Below, one piece after another: positions 1-9,906 of a stretch of DNA of 64,000 nucleotides; within the stretch, counting starts at the first letter, position 1; every line of letters starts with the position of its first letter. Source of the DNA: Candidatus Omnitrophota bacterium (lineage in GTDB: Bacteria > Omnitrophota > Gorgyraeia > Zapsychrales > Zapsychraceae); contig JBFWOS010000001.1 in the NCBI GenBank assembly GCA_050250375.1, forward strand, positions 1,022,361 through 1,086,360, given 5' to 3'. The notes under the pieces are model-generated. The model did no database searches and was not told the origin of the DNA. It saw nothing but the letters and a program-made list of their open reading frames with translations. Made by a program: the position numbers and the translations under genes.

Positions 1-1374
1 CCCGTCCTTTTTGAATTCTTCCCCGGCAAACAGTTTATACAAATACTCCACCCTGGAATCAGGCAGGACCATTCCCTCAAAAACCACGCGGTTGTAAAAT
101 CCGGAGAGGTACGGCAGTTGAATCCCCTCTTTAAACTGTTTCAGGTTGACCAGGGTGCGTTTGACCGACCGGACCGAACCGCTGAAAGACACATCCTTTT
201 CATAGTTCGGGGAGTAAACATATTTCAGGGCCGATTTTAACGCGGCCTTATCTTGGAAGGCCCGGGATGTAAAATAACCGGGAAGGATGGCACATCCGGC
301 CACGACCAGCACCACAGACAGCAGGGCGCCTCTGGCCCGGCGGCACAGCTGGAAATCATCATGGATTCGTTTGGTGTGCAGCAGAAAAAGAGCGACCGGG
401 ACCATGATCAGGAAGCCTGTCCCGACGGCAAATATGGCCGGAAGAGAAAGCGGCAGAAACGGCAGAAAGACCAGAAAGAAATAAACCGTGAACGGATACG
501 TCACGCTCCGCGCAAATAACAGGTATCCGTGGCTGTCGGTTTTCCTGACGGACGGGATAATCATGATCAGCCCGTTGATAACGGCCAGGACATAAACCCA
601 GGGTGTCTGGAAACTGGCCGGAAACGGGATCGATTGATTGAGCCACAGTCCCGCCAGGGGACCGACGATGGAAACGATGACGGCGAATACACTCTGGGCC
701 GTATCCCCCCTGGAACGGATGAAATTATAGAGCAGCACCACCAGCCGGACCAGGCCGACAAAGGCCGCGACGGTGACTCCGATAAAAAAGAAGGCCGCTA
801 ACTGCGGCGCCCACGCCCACGCGAAAGGACGGGTGAACTTCCCCATAAAAATAAAAACAACATAATAAAGCAGCGGGCCCAGGATTGTCAGTAAAAAGCT
901 GTATCCGATGTCTGACGAATTTTTTATATTCACTTCAAAACAGGCCAGCCGCAGGCCGGCGTAGAACAGGCCCGGCATCATAAACGTAAACTGATAAAAC
1001 ACCAGCATGCCCTGGTCGAGAATCCACGGCTCGACTGTTCCGGGGATGAGCCGCCACACATTCGAACTCACGAACCAGAGATAACCGATATGCGCGGCCA
1101 ACAACAAACCGTTCCAGGCCAGGCCGATCAGTGATTTTCTTAAATGAGAATAAATCCCGATCATAAAGGCCAGCCCCAGTAAACCCAGCTCCATTCCCAG
1201 AATCATGTAGACAATCGGCATTTTCTCCGCCGGGAGGTCATCCCAAACCAGCCAGCCGGACCAGAGGTTGATCAGGAGCAAAATCATTTGCGGAATGATA
1301 TAAACCCACAGCATAAAAATCGGTTTCTTGATAAAATCAGGCAGCAGGGAACGGTTAACGGCGGTGTTATTCAT
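1..1374 (-). CDS. MSEP-CTERM-type multi-pass membrane protein (exosortase K partner); runs off the window start
   Basis: Not in the ORF track because there is no stop in the window. The open frame from ATG at 1374 reads MNNTAVNRSLLPDFIKKPIFMLWVYIIPQ...YPFTVYFFLVFLPFLPLSLPAIFAVGTGFL...LPYLSGFYNRVVF with many TM segments. The ATG overlaps the end of the exosortase K gene. The C-terminal sorting signal lies outside the window. Confidence 0.7.
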   Translation of the reverse strand, partial: MNNTAVNRSLLPDFIKKPIFMLWVYIIPQMILLLINLWSGWLVWDDLPAEKMPIVYMILGMELGLLGLAFMIGIYSHLRKSLIGLAWNGLLLAAHIGYLWFVSSNVWRLIPGTVEPWILDQGMLVFYQFTFMMPGLFYAGLRLACFEVNIKNSSDIGYSFLLTILGPLLYYVVFIFMGKFTRPFAWAWAPQLAAFFFIGVTVAAFVGLVRLVVLLYNFIRSRGDTAQSVFAVIVSIVGPLAGLWLNQSIPFPASFQTPWVYVLAVINGLIMIIPSVRKTDSHGYLLFARSVTYPFTVYFFLVFLPFLPLSLPAIFAVGTGFLIMVPVALFLLHTKRIHDDFQLCRRARGALLSVVLVVAGCAILPGYFTSRAFQDKAALKSALKYVYSPNYEKDVSFSGSVRSVKRTLVNLKQFKEGIQLPYLSGFYNRVVFEGMVLPDSRVEYLYKLFAGEEFKKDG

Positions 1375-1900
1375 GACGGGGAATCCTTTCCAGGATTAAC
1401 GTAACGGCAATTAAAGTGCTGAGAAAAACGGCGATGCCGACACCCTGATGCAGCGCCGGCTGAAAGTTCGGCGGCAGGATCAAGCGGCCGATCCTGTACG
1501 TGTAATAAGCGCAGATAATACGCACGCCATTGGCCGCGACGGTGATCAGGTACGCCGGCGGCAGGGACAAGACTAACGCGGTCAGAATTTTTTGTTTCTG
1601 TAACGACGGAATCATCCGGATCATCAAAACGGCCGACAACAGACAGAAAAAGCCGAACGCGCTGCATTTGGATGTAACATTTATAAACTGATGGGAAACC
1701 GGGATGAGGACCTCTCTTCCTTCCGTAAAAACCGGTGAAACCCCGAGGAACACGGATGAGACATACGCCGACGGGTACGCGAACAACTGCTGAACCGGAC
1801 CGATGATCATCCCTTCCAGGCCGGAACAGACCAGCGCGGTAAAAATGATGCCGCCGTTCATAATTTTTAATCCTGAGATTGTCTTCATGGAATCCTTCAT
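1367..1900 (-). CDS. xrtK: Exosortase K (short exosortase/archaeosortase family)
   Basis: The exosortase catalytic triad is present: Cys (VTSKCSAFGF), Arg (AANGVRI) and His (ALHQGVG). Short hydrophobic protein next to an MSEP-CTERM-like gene. Confidence 0.75.
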   Translation of the reverse strand: MKDSMKTISGLKIMNGGIIFTALVCSGLEGMIIGPVQQLFAYPSAYVSSVFLGVSPVFTEGREVLIPVSHQFINVTSKCSAFGFFCLLSAVLMIRMIPSLQKQKILTALVLSLPPAYLITVAANGVRIICAYYTYRIGRLILPPNFQPALHQGVGIAVFLSTLIAVTLILERIPRHE

Positions 1901-1961
1901 TCGTTTTGATCAAAAGCTTACCAAGTGCCGTCTAGAACAGCACCCGACAAGCTTTGACGTG

Positions 1962-2177
1962 TTATTTACCCGGCTGCATTAATAATGATAAAGCCACCAG
2001 ACCTCCGGTGATCATCACCCCTCCGGCCACAAAATAAATGCCGGCGGTCGTAATGAGGACCAGGTTTGTTGTCAGCGCGTACGGCACGCACAGGATTGAG
2101 CCGAAACCGCCGACGGCCACCGCTATAATGGCCAGGGCCTTTACAAACTGTTTAATCGCGTCTTCTGTCATTGTCAC
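1962..2177 (-). CDS. Small two-TM hypothetical membrane protein
   Basis: 71 aa with two hydrophobic helices; AAAGGGGG SD-like sequence upstream; lies within the operon. Confidence 0.65.
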   Translation of the reverse strand: MTMTEDAIKQFVKALAIIAVAVGGFGSILCVPYALTTNLVLITTAGIYFVAGGVMITGGLVALSLLMQPGK

Positions 2178-2187
2178 TCACCCCCTT

Positions 2188-3561
2188 TCAAATGAATTCT
2201 TTCCGGCACCAGGCCCAATAAGCGCATCGGAATAAAAACAGGCCCGCACCCAGACAAATCACGTTGTTCCAGACCAAAAGCGGCCCGGCAAACGTTGAGG
2301 CATAATAAAATTGAAAGATCAACAAAGACGAAAGGATAATCCCGTTGATGATGACGACCCTTGAGTCCATGGAACAGCTTAACCAGGCCAGCCAAGCCGT
2401 GACCAGAAATGATACATTCCCCGTCAAGAGAAGATATCCCCAGAATTTCGCGGAAAGATAGATGTCCGGCTGGAACACAATATTCGGCAATAACGCGAAG
2501 CACACGCTGAAAATAATCCAGTACGTCAGCCAATGGGCGATCAACACAAGGCCCCTTTCCTTTATATATTGCGGTTTGGCCACGGGCTTGAGCAGGTCAT
2601 GCCCCGCGTAATCCAGTTTTTTATAGTGGCTGCCGATCACCACCAGGACCGGCGTCATGGACAACAGCAGAAAATTGGAATAGGCATTCCTGAAGAAATC
2701 GGCAAAGGCCGGATTGCTTTTGATAAACAGCAGATACACCGGCGTGCCGAGGATGATCAGCATGCCCACAATCTTGATGTCGGTGTGGTCCGCATAATCC
2801 CAGTGAAACGCCCTTGAAAAAACATTCGCCTCCCGGGGATAGGCGGGGACCTCAGTCTGCCCTTCCTTCACATTCAGAAACCGTTTCAGGGGCGTGATGA
2901 ACTGCTCCGACTTGAGCTGATTGATAAAATAATGTTTCGGCGGCCAGGACAGCAAATAATGATATTCAAAATGATGTTCTTTGAGCGCAGCCAGCCTGTT
3001 CAGGAAAAAGACAATGAACACGCCGGATGACAGGCCCGCGATGTACTTTAAATAAGTGATGGTTTCAAACGCGGCGATGATATTCGTGACATTCACCGCC
3101 ATCACCAGGCCCAGCACGTAAGAATAAATGAAGACCCTGCCGATCGACAGGTACCCCAGATAAGCGATCAGTAAAGACGCGAGGAAACAGGTCACAAACA
3201 TGCCCTGCAGACCGTCCGTCGAGATTTCAAACAGCGGCCTGAGGCCGCGCACCCAGGCGACCGCCGCCAGCAGAAAAAACAGATAAACGCAAACCAGGCA
3301 GCACAGGTGCGACCGGCGGTACCCCGGCCATAACGATGCCCGGTGGTTGGCAAACTGCCGTTTGATCATCAGGCCGAAATAAAACGTCAACCAAAGGGTC
3401 GCCACAAACAGCAGGGTTGAAAAATCTTCGGCAAAACCGGAATGGTTTGTCGCAAACAGGAATTTGGATACAGCCGCGTTGAATAAAAGAACTCCGGACA
3501 AAAGCATGAAGTTCGTATTCAGAAAATATAAGCCGAAGATCTGTCTGCACCTCGTCATCAT
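2188..3561 (-). CDS. ABC transporter permease-like multi-pass membrane protein
   Basis: About 12 hydrophobic segments; start overlaps the stop of the ABC ATPase gene. Confidence 0.65.
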   Translation of the reverse strand: MMTRCRQIFGLYFLNTNFMLLSGVLLFNAAVSKFLFATNHSGFAEDFSTLLFVATLWLTFYFGLMIKRQFANHRASLWPGYRRSHLCCLVCVYLFFLLAAVAWVRGLRPLFEISTDGLQGMFVTCFLASLLIAYLGYLSIGRVFIYSYVLGLVMAVNVTNIIAAFETITYLKYIAGLSSGVFIVFFLNRLAALKEHHFEYHYLLSWPPKHYFINQLKSEQFITPLKRFLNVKEGQTEVPAYPREANVFSRAFHWDYADHTDIKIVGMLIILGTPVYLLFIKSNPAFADFFRNAYSNFLLLSMTPVLVVIGSHYKKLDYAGHDLLKPVAKPQYIKERGLVLIAHWLTYWIIFSVCFALLPNIVFQPDIYLSAKFWGYLLLTGNVSFLVTAWLAWLSCSMDSRVVIINGIILSSLLIFQFYYASTFAGPLLVWNNVICLGAGLFLFRCAYWAWCRKEFI

Positions 3562-4436
3562 CGGTTCAGCTCCAGGAATATTTCTTCCAGGTTCAGGTCT
3601 TCGACGTCGACCCTGGCGTTATAATCTTTTTCCAGTTTGATTTTAATATGTTCACTAAATCCCCTGACCGAGACGATGGCCTCATGGGTTGATGATTCAC
3701 AATGGAGAAACCCTTCCACATTAAACTGGTCCGGTAAATTTTTTTGGGTGACGATTCTCAGGCGTTTGACCTCGTCCTTCAGCTGGTCCAGCTCGCCGAC
3801 GAACGTGATCGCGCCGTCTTTAAGCAGGGCCACCCGGTCCGCCACCCTCTCCACATCCGATGTGATATGTGTTGAAAAGAAAACGGTGCATTCTCTTTCC
3901 GAAACGATTTTCAAAATCGTCCTGAGGAATTGCCTTCTCGCCGCCGGGTCAAGGCTGGCGACCGGCTCATCCAGCACCAGCAGTTCCGGTTCATGCCCGA
4001 GGGCCAGGATGATCGCCACTTTCTGCGCCTGGCCTTCCGACAAAAGTCCGTATTTGTCCTTCGTCTCGATGCCCCATTCCCCGATGAGTTGTTTCACCAG
4101 CTCGCGGTTCCAGTGTTTATAAAAAGAGGCGGTGTAGTCGATCAGCTGACTGACGGTTAACCACGGATAAACCCGGTCGCTTTGAGGGACATACCCGAGT
4201 TTCTCCTTGGTCTCTTCTTTAAATTCCCACGGGTTGTCACCCAGCACGGAAATAGTCCCGGAGGAAACCTTCATCAGGCCCAGGATACTTTTGATCAGGG
4301 TTGTCTTACCGGCACCGTTCGTGCCCAGCAATCCGAAGACCGAACCGCGAGGGATTTCCAGAGACAAATTGTTAAGGACCTGTTTATCCTTGTAACCTTT
4401 CGTGATGCCGTTCAACGCTATAACCGGGTTATCCAT
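3558..4436 (-). CDS. ABC transporter ATP-binding protein (YtrB-like)
   Basis: Walker A GTNGAGKT, signature LSEGQ, Walker B LLVLDEP, H-loop STH. Start reassigned to MDNPV after a GGAG SD. Confidence 0.9.
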   Translation of the reverse strand: MDNPVIALNGITKGYKDKQVLNNLSLEIPRGSVFGLLGTNGAGKTTLIKSILGLMKVSSGTISVLGDNPWEFKEETKEKLGYVPQSDRVYPWLTVSQLIDYTASFYKHWNRELVKQLIGEWGIETKDKYGLLSEGQAQKVAIILALGHEPELLVLDEPVASLDPAARRQFLRTILKIVSERECTVFFSTHITSDVERVADRVALLKDGAITFVGELDQLKDEVKRLRIVTQKNLPDQFNVEGFLHCESSTHEAIVSVRGFSEHIKIKLEKDYNARVDVEDLNLEEIFLELNR

Positions 4437-4833
4437 TTTTATTCTCCTTCCATAAACCTTTAAGCAGTTCAATCACTTTTTCCGGTCCCAAGGACAGCTG
4501 ATTTGATTTGGTGATGACTTCCTTTAACAGCGGGACAATATCTTCATTGCGCTTCTGCATATTATTCTTGGGAATGGACGACTTCTGGACACGCATGCCC
4601 TGCCCGCGCACGAATTCGAGCACGCCTTCCTTCTCTAATAAAGAGTAGGCCTTTGAGACCGTCATCGGATTGACTTCCAGCTCTTTGGACACCTGCCGCA
4701 CGGAAGGTAAAAACACACCCTGCTCCAGGCGCCCGGTGGCGATCAGGGTCTTGACCTGGTCAATGACCTGCCGGTAAATCGGCACGCCGGAAGAAGTGGA
4801 TATCTGAAAATAATAATTGGCTTTTTTATTCAT
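4429..4833 (-). CDS. GntR family regulator, YtrA subfamily
   Basis: PIYRQV...LPSVRQVSKELEVNPMTVSKAYSLLEKEG...RGQG winged HTH with a short C-terminal tail; directly precedes an ABC ATPase. Confidence 0.9.
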   Translation of the reverse strand: MNKKANYYFQISTSSGVPIYRQVIDQVKTLIATGRLEQGVFLPSVRQVSKELEVNPMTVSKAYSLLEKEGVLEFVRGQGMRVQKSSIPKNNMQKRNEDIVPLLKEVITKSNQLSLGPEKVIELLKGLWKENKNG

Positions 4834-4865
4834 CTTTATGACCTGAATGCACCGTGATCCCTGCG

Positions 4866-4887
4866 GTGTACTACAAATATAATACAC
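4866..4887. promoter_or_regulatory. Putative YtrA-type operator GTGTA-N12-TACAC
   Basis: The inverted repeat gtgtactacaaatataatacac lies about 33 bp upstream of the GntR start and resembles YtrA-subfamily boxes. An extra TAATACAC half-site follows at 4888-4895. Confidence 0.6.
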
Positions 4888-4962
4888 TAATACACCGTTG
4901 TCAAGCGGATAAATAAACGGGAGGATTATTAACACGGAAGGTTTTAAAAGGGGATCCCCTTC

Positions 4963-6408
4963 TTACTGTTCGGGAGAATCAATCAGGCACATCGGATTGA
5001 TGACGGGGGTTGTTTCTGTTTTATGGACCAGCTGGTCATTTAACCGCAGCCATTCGACCAAGAGCTGCCTGTACTGCGAGTCATGGGAATTCTTGTTAAA
5101 CCGGTTGTTGTCCAGGTCGTTAAAGGCCTGGATGTAATCATTCAGCGTGACTTTTCCGAAAGAATAATTTTCGCTTTCATCTTTTAAGATGGCCTTCGCC
5201 AGATCAATCCTTTCCTCGGCAATCTCGATCAGTTTCTTTTCCCGCTCAATCTGCAGATGTAAATTCATCAGCTGGGTATATAAACGGTGATAGGTATTCA
5301 GGGTGGCCAGTTTCTGTTTGTCGTTGAGGATCACGGACACCGCGTGTTCGGCCTTGGCAACCTGGTCGGGAAACGGCCACTCCAGGGAAATCCCGGCAAA
5401 CAAAATATTGTCTTCGTGTTTAAGCCCGTAATCATCCCCGCTGGACTCATAACCGGCGATGAGATTAATGGACGGAAGGAGTTTGTCCGCGTCCCGGGAG
5501 ACTTCCAGCGAACTTTTGTTTTCCAGTTTCCTTAAAATGTCAAACGTCCGGCTGCTGACCGTGAACTCCTTAAACAATTCCCTGAAATTTCCGTCGATTT
5601 GGGCCATCGGGTTGGTTTCCTGCGGGAGATGCGTGACACCCTCTTCACTGCGGATAATCCGCTGGATGATGTTCAGGCTGCTGTTATATTTTTCTTCCAG
5701 CTCGGCCACCCGTTCTTTCTTGGACAGGACCTGAAGCCTGACCTTGTTCACGTCGATCGGAAGGGCGATCTTCTGTTGTTCCCTTTCTTTCATGCTGTCG
5801 AGCAGTTTCTGGTTCTCGGTATACGAGGACTGCCCGATCTGAAGGTTCTGGTAGTCTTCATACCAGGTGTAATACGCAAAGATGATGGCCGCCAGATAAT
5901 CCTCGTAAGCCTCCACAATCTGGTGGCCGGCCACCTCGACCTCAAGCCCGACAATCTTGTCCAACAGCCGCGTTGAACGGCCGAACGCGTTTTCGGCGAT
6001 GGGCTGGGTGATGGTAAACGTCAATTCGGATGATTTCTCCGCCGAGGAGATCGACGCCCCCGCGTTATACTCAAGCGACATCTCGGTCCCGCTGTAAGGG
6101 AACAGTTTGCTCAATCCAACGGTCGTGTCCGGGGAATTGCGGTCCTGGTTCAGATAGAACTCATGCTGCTGTTTGACCGACAGGACCAGGTCTTTGGCCG
6201 GGAGCCGGATGCTCTTCTGGTACTTCAAAGTGAGTTCATCAATCAGGATCTGTTCAAACTCCGTGTCGCGCTCCGTGGCCAGCTTCAGGAATTCTTCAAA
6301 CGCCAGGGTCTGTTCTTTTTCCTGGGCCAGCGCATGAACACCCGTTTGTCCGCAGATCACCAAACTGAACAAAACTATTTTCCAAATCCTGGCTGATTTT
6401 ATAGTCAT
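4963..6408 (-). CDS. TolC family outer membrane efflux protein
   Basis: Signal peptide (MTIKSARIWKIVLFSLVIC...), helical OEP-like repeats (LLPSINLIAGY, AGISLEWPF, YSFGKVTLNDY); directly downstream of the RND gene. Confidence 0.8.
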   Translation of the reverse strand: MTIKSARIWKIVLFSLVICGQTGVHALAQEKEQTLAFEEFLKLATERDTEFEQILIDELTLKYQKSIRLPAKDLVLSVKQQHEFYLNQDRNSPDTTVGLSKLFPYSGTEMSLEYNAGASISSAEKSSELTFTITQPIAENAFGRSTRLLDKIVGLEVEVAGHQIVEAYEDYLAAIIFAYYTWYEDYQNLQIGQSSYTENQKLLDSMKEREQQKIALPIDVNKVRLQVLSKKERVAELEEKYNSSLNIIQRIIRSEEGVTHLPQETNPMAQIDGNFRELFKEFTVSSRTFDILRKLENKSSLEVSRDADKLLPSINLIAGYESSGDDYGLKHEDNILFAGISLEWPFPDQVAKAEHAVSVILNDKQKLATLNTYHRLYTQLMNLHLQIEREKKLIEIAEERIDLAKAILKDESENYSFGKVTLNDYIQAFNDLDNNRFNKNSHDSQYRQLLVEWLRLNDQLVHKTETTPVINPMCLIDSPEQ

Positions 6409-6413
6409 ATCCG

Positions 6414-9400
6414 TTATCCCATCATGGCTTGAATTTTTATCTTTGATTCCTGCAGCAAACTGTAAAAACACGGGACCAGAAAAAGTGTGATCAACGTGCC
6501 GAAGACCAGTCCCCAGGCCAGGGCGAGCATCATTTCCGCCAGCATCGCATCGTATCCGGCCATCCCGTACGCCGTCGGCAAGACCCCGGCCACGGTTGTC
6601 ACCGTCGTTAAGACAACGGCCCGCAGACGGGTTTTCGCGATATCGGCGATCTGCCTGATAACCTCACCTTTGGTTTTTGCCGAGAACTCACTGTCCAGTT
6701 TCGCGAGCATGATAATCGAATCGTTGATGACGACCCCGGCCAGCCCCAGCGCCCCGATGGCCGCGTAAAATCCGAACAAAACTTTCCCGTGCAGCCAGAA
6801 CGCCAGGATGACACCGACCATCCCGAAGGGAATCGACAGCATGATGATCACCGGCCTCATCAATGAATTATAAAGAACGGCCAGGATCGCAAAGATCAGC
6901 AGGATGACCATAATAATCGCCATACGAAACCCGCCCTGCGCCTCACGCGTGTCAAAGACTTCCCCGGTAAAAGAAAGTGTCGTGGACGGCTGTGACTTTG
7001 TGACCTGCGGGAACACCTTCGCCTCCAGTTCATCGGCAATCTCCAGGGGCGTGAACTTTTTGACCGCCTTGATATCGGCGTATACGGCCGTTGTGCGTTT
7101 ACCTTCCCGCCGGGAGATCGAATTCGGCGTCTGCGTATTTTCGACATTGACCAGGTCCCTTAACGGAACAAGATAATTCCGCTGGTTCTCAACCGGGATG
7201 TCCAGGATTGATTCCAGGTCCCTCTTCGACTCATCTTTCACGGTTAACCGGACATCCACATCTTCATCGCCTTTGGGAAATTCATAAAGGACCGAACCCT
7301 CCAGGGCCGAACGGAAGGTCGTTGTGATATCGGCCGGATTGATGTCGAGCCGTTTGACTTTTTCCCGTTTAAAATCAATTTTGTGTTCAGCGACCTTGAT
7401 CGGCTCTTCGATCTCGACGTTCATCAGCTTCTCGTTCGCTTTCATGAGTTCAGAGAGTTTTTGGGCGGCCGAATCCCGCAGGGCGTCATCATTTTCCTGG
7501 ATCAGAACTTCTATGGCGCTTCCGCTGTCCTGCCCCCAGCGGCTTTTCTGGATGACGAGTTTGTTGAGGCCTTCAATGGACTCGATCTGCGGTTTCCACA
7601 CGCCGATCAGCTGGTCGGCGGATTTTTTCCGTTTCTCCTTGGGAACAATCTCGACAATCATGCTGAAACGGTTCTCCTGCACCTCGCCTCCCCGCCGGCT
7701 CCGGGCAATCTCCGTACGGTATCCGACCACTTCCTTTCCGATGTAGGGGATTAACAGGTCTTCAATTTTTTTGGTCAGATTGGCGGTATCAATGCGGTCG
7801 GCCTGTTTATCCGCAAAGCCGGAAATAACAATGTCCCGTGTCTCCTCGTTGGGAAACATCACGAATTTCATCTGGCTGGTCATGATCCATCCGGACGCTA
7901 AAAGGATAAAAATGAAAAAGGCAAAGACAAAATATTTGTAAGCCAGAACTTTGTGCAGCAGCGCCCCGTATTGATCTTCAACATTTTCAAACCAATGGCG
8001 TTTGACCGGCTTTTCTTTGTTTTTATGGCCGTTCATCAGCTTGCCGATCTTGGGCACTTCAAAATGCATGTGTCCCGGTAAAACCAGCAGGGATTCAAAG
8101 AGGCTCGCCCCCAACATCAGAAAAATAATAGGCGGGATATATTTATTGATCTGCCCGTACCGTCCCTGGAAATAAAACAGCGGGATAAACGCGATGCAGG
8201 TCGTAATGATGCTGGCCAATATGGGAAGAAAGACCTGGGTTGTTCCCTCGATGGCGGCCTCACGGGAATTCATCCCCTTCGAACGCATCCGGCCCACATT
8301 TTCCGCCACCACAATCGCGTCATCGACAACGATCCCCATCACGATAATCACGGCGGCCAGGGTCGTATTGTTAATCGTATACCCCATGAGCCAGCCGCTG
8401 ATCAGGGTAAAACAGATGGTAAAGGGAATCCCCATCGCGACCCAGAAGCCGGATCTCTTGTTGAGAAACAAAAATAAGGCGAGCAGGATCAGGAAAAAAC
8501 CCACGGCCCCGTTCATGGAAATGATCGACAGCCGGTTGCGGACGTCAATGGATTCATCGTCCAGCAGCACAATATCAATCGGGACATCTTTGAGATGGTT
8601 TTCCTTATATTCTTCAACCAGCCGGGTAACCGAATCCAGCGCCTGGAGAATCCCGGCGGAACTGTTTTTAACAACATTGAACATGACGCATTCGTGGCCG
8701 TTGACCTTGATGATCTCCTTTTCCATGTCAAAACCCGGGACAATCTCAGCGATCTCGGAAAGCGGAATGGCCTGGCCTTCAAACCCGGCCTGGATAAATA
8801 ACCGGTTCAGTTTTTCCGGCGTATCCAGCTGGGCGTTGATCGTTACCTTGGGTTCATTCTTGATTTCGATATGCCCGGCGGGCTGGCGGGCGTGATTGTT
8901 GGTGACTTCCCGTTTAACCTGGCTGAGCGGGATGGCGTAGCGGATCAATTTCTCGGGATCAACCTTGATCTGGATCTCTTCCTGAAAGTAAGCGGACTTA
9001 TCAACGCTGTTTACTTCTTTCAGGTTTACCAGCTGGTTTTCCAGTGAATTGGCATATTTCTGCAGGAGCTGCCTTTCCTGCGTGCTTAGAAGGTGGGACC
9101 CTGTATAGATGAGCGCGATATCGAGGATCGCTTTTTTGGAAGTCTCAAATACCCGGACGGTGGGGTCATCCCGCACGTCTTCCGGAAGGTCAACGTCGGA
9201 AACGGCATTGCGGATCTCGGTGATCGCTTCGTCTTTTCGGGGAAAATCCTGTTCCAGTTCAACGGTGATGGATGTGCTGCCCTGGCTGGCCGAGCTGATC
9301 ACCCGGTAAACCCCGTCTATTCCCTCAACGGCCTCTTCGATTTCTTTTGTGACGAAATGTTCGACTTCTTCGGCTGTGGCCCCTGGATAATTCGCGGAAA

Positions 9401-9545
9401 TGCGCACACGGTCAAAGGTGACATCCGGCAGTTCTTCCTTTTTGATATTCTGCCAGCTGACGACCCCGCCTATGAGGATGGAAAGGAAAATAAGGTTGGT
9501 CAATAAGTGACGGTCAACAAAATAAGTGATTACGGCTCGTAACAT
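6414..9545 (-). CDS. RND efflux transporter permease (AcrB/AcrD/AcrF family)
   Basis: 1043 aa; YPGATAEEVE, GIVVDDAIVVAENV (TM4), RLRAVVLTTVTT (TM11). Confidence 0.92.
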   Translation of the reverse strand: MLRAVITYFVDRHLLTNLIFLSILIGGVVSWQNIKKEELPDVTFDRVRISANYPGATAEEVEHFVTKEIEEAVEGIDGVYRVISSASQGSTSITVELEQDFPRKDEAITEIRNAVSDVDLPEDVRDDPTVRVFETSKKAILDIALIYTGSHLLSTQERQLLQKYANSLENQLVNLKEVNSVDKSAYFQEEIQIKVDPEKLIRYAIPLSQVKREVTNNHARQPAGHIEIKNEPKVTINAQLDTPEKLNRLFIQAGFEGQAIPLSEIAEIVPGFDMEKEIIKVNGHECVMFNVVKNSSAGILQALDSVTRLVEEYKENHLKDVPIDIVLLDDESIDVRNRLSIISMNGAVGFFLILLALFLFLNKRSGFWVAMGIPFTICFTLISGWLMGYTINNTTLAAVIIVMGIVVDDAIVVAENVGRMRSKGMNSREAAIEGTTQVFLPILASIITTCIAFIPLFYFQGRYGQINKYIPPIIFLMLGASLFESLLVLPGHMHFEVPKIGKLMNGHKNKEKPVKRHWFENVEDQYGALLHKVLAYKYFVFAFFIFILLASGWIMTSQMKFVMFPNEETRDIVISGFADKQADRIDTANLTKKIEDLLIPYIGKEVVGYRTEIARSRRGGEVQENRFSMIVEIVPKEKRKKSADQLIGVWKPQIESIEGLNKLVIQKSRWGQDSGSAIEVLIQENDDALRDSAAQKLSELMKANEKLMNVEIEEPIKVAEHKIDFKREKVKRLDINPADITTTFRSALEGSVLYEFPKGDEDVDVRLTVKDESKRDLESILDIPVENQRNYLVPLRDLVNVENTQTPNSISRREGKRTTAVYADIKAVKKFTPLEIADELEAKVFPQVTKSQPSTTLSFTGEVFDTREAQGGFRMAIIMVILLIFAILAVLYNSLMRPVIIMLSIPFGMVGVILAFWLHGKVLFGFYAAIGALGLAGVVINDSIIMLAKLDSEFSAKTKGEVIRQIADIAKTRLRAVVLTTVTTVAGVLPTAYGMAGYDAMLAEMMLALAWGLVFGTLITLFLVPCFYSLLQESKIKIQAMMG

Positions 9546-9685
9546 AAAGTTATTATAACGGTCATTATTAATAATTTCTTTAAAACTTTAGACAATTTGA
9601 GTTTAAAAAAGTTCCCGGAAAATTTTTTATTTTTAAAATTGACCGGGGAACGTGTTTTCATAGGCCGGCGCGGTGATTTAAACGG

Positions 9686-9726
9686 AAAAACCCGCCCACT
9701 CCTGTTGAGGAATGAACGGGTTTTTT
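9686..9726 (-). terminator. Rho-independent terminator (probably the original tRNA-fMet terminator)
   Basis: Minus strand cccgttcattcct-caac-aggagtgggcggg pairs fully using G-U wobble and is followed by a T-run. It lies just beyond the tRNA 3'-end duplicate. Confidence 0.7.
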
Positions 9727-9761
9727 GATTTCTTCTCCCGATCAGAAGAAATTGGTTGCGG

Positions 9762-9824
9762 CCCGCCCTGAATTACAAGATTCAGGGCGAGGTCTCGCCC
9801 GTTATTTAATTCCGAACGGGCGGA
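9762..9824. repeat. Double-hairpin insertion element, copy 1 (63 bp)
   Basis: cccgccctgaat-tacaag-attcagggcgag | gtctcgcccgtt-atttaattccg-aacgggcgga. Confidence 0.75.
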
Positions 9825-9836
9825 GGGCCAGATTTG

Positions 9837-9889
9837 TCCGCCCCCATTATTGATGGGGCGAGATCTCGTCCGGCTGATAGCCGGACGGA
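9837..9889. repeat. Double-hairpin insertion element, copy 2 (53 bp)
   Basis: tccgcccccat-tattg-atggggcgaga | tctcgtccggct-gat-agccggacgga. Confidence 0.75.
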
Positions 9890-9906
9890 AACTAACGGCC
9901 TTCAGG

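Noticed and set aside
253-801. Short ORFs from the track (253-519, 287-484, 359-646, 529-801, 567-761)
   Set aside because: Shadows of the long minus-strand membrane protein frame 1-1374.
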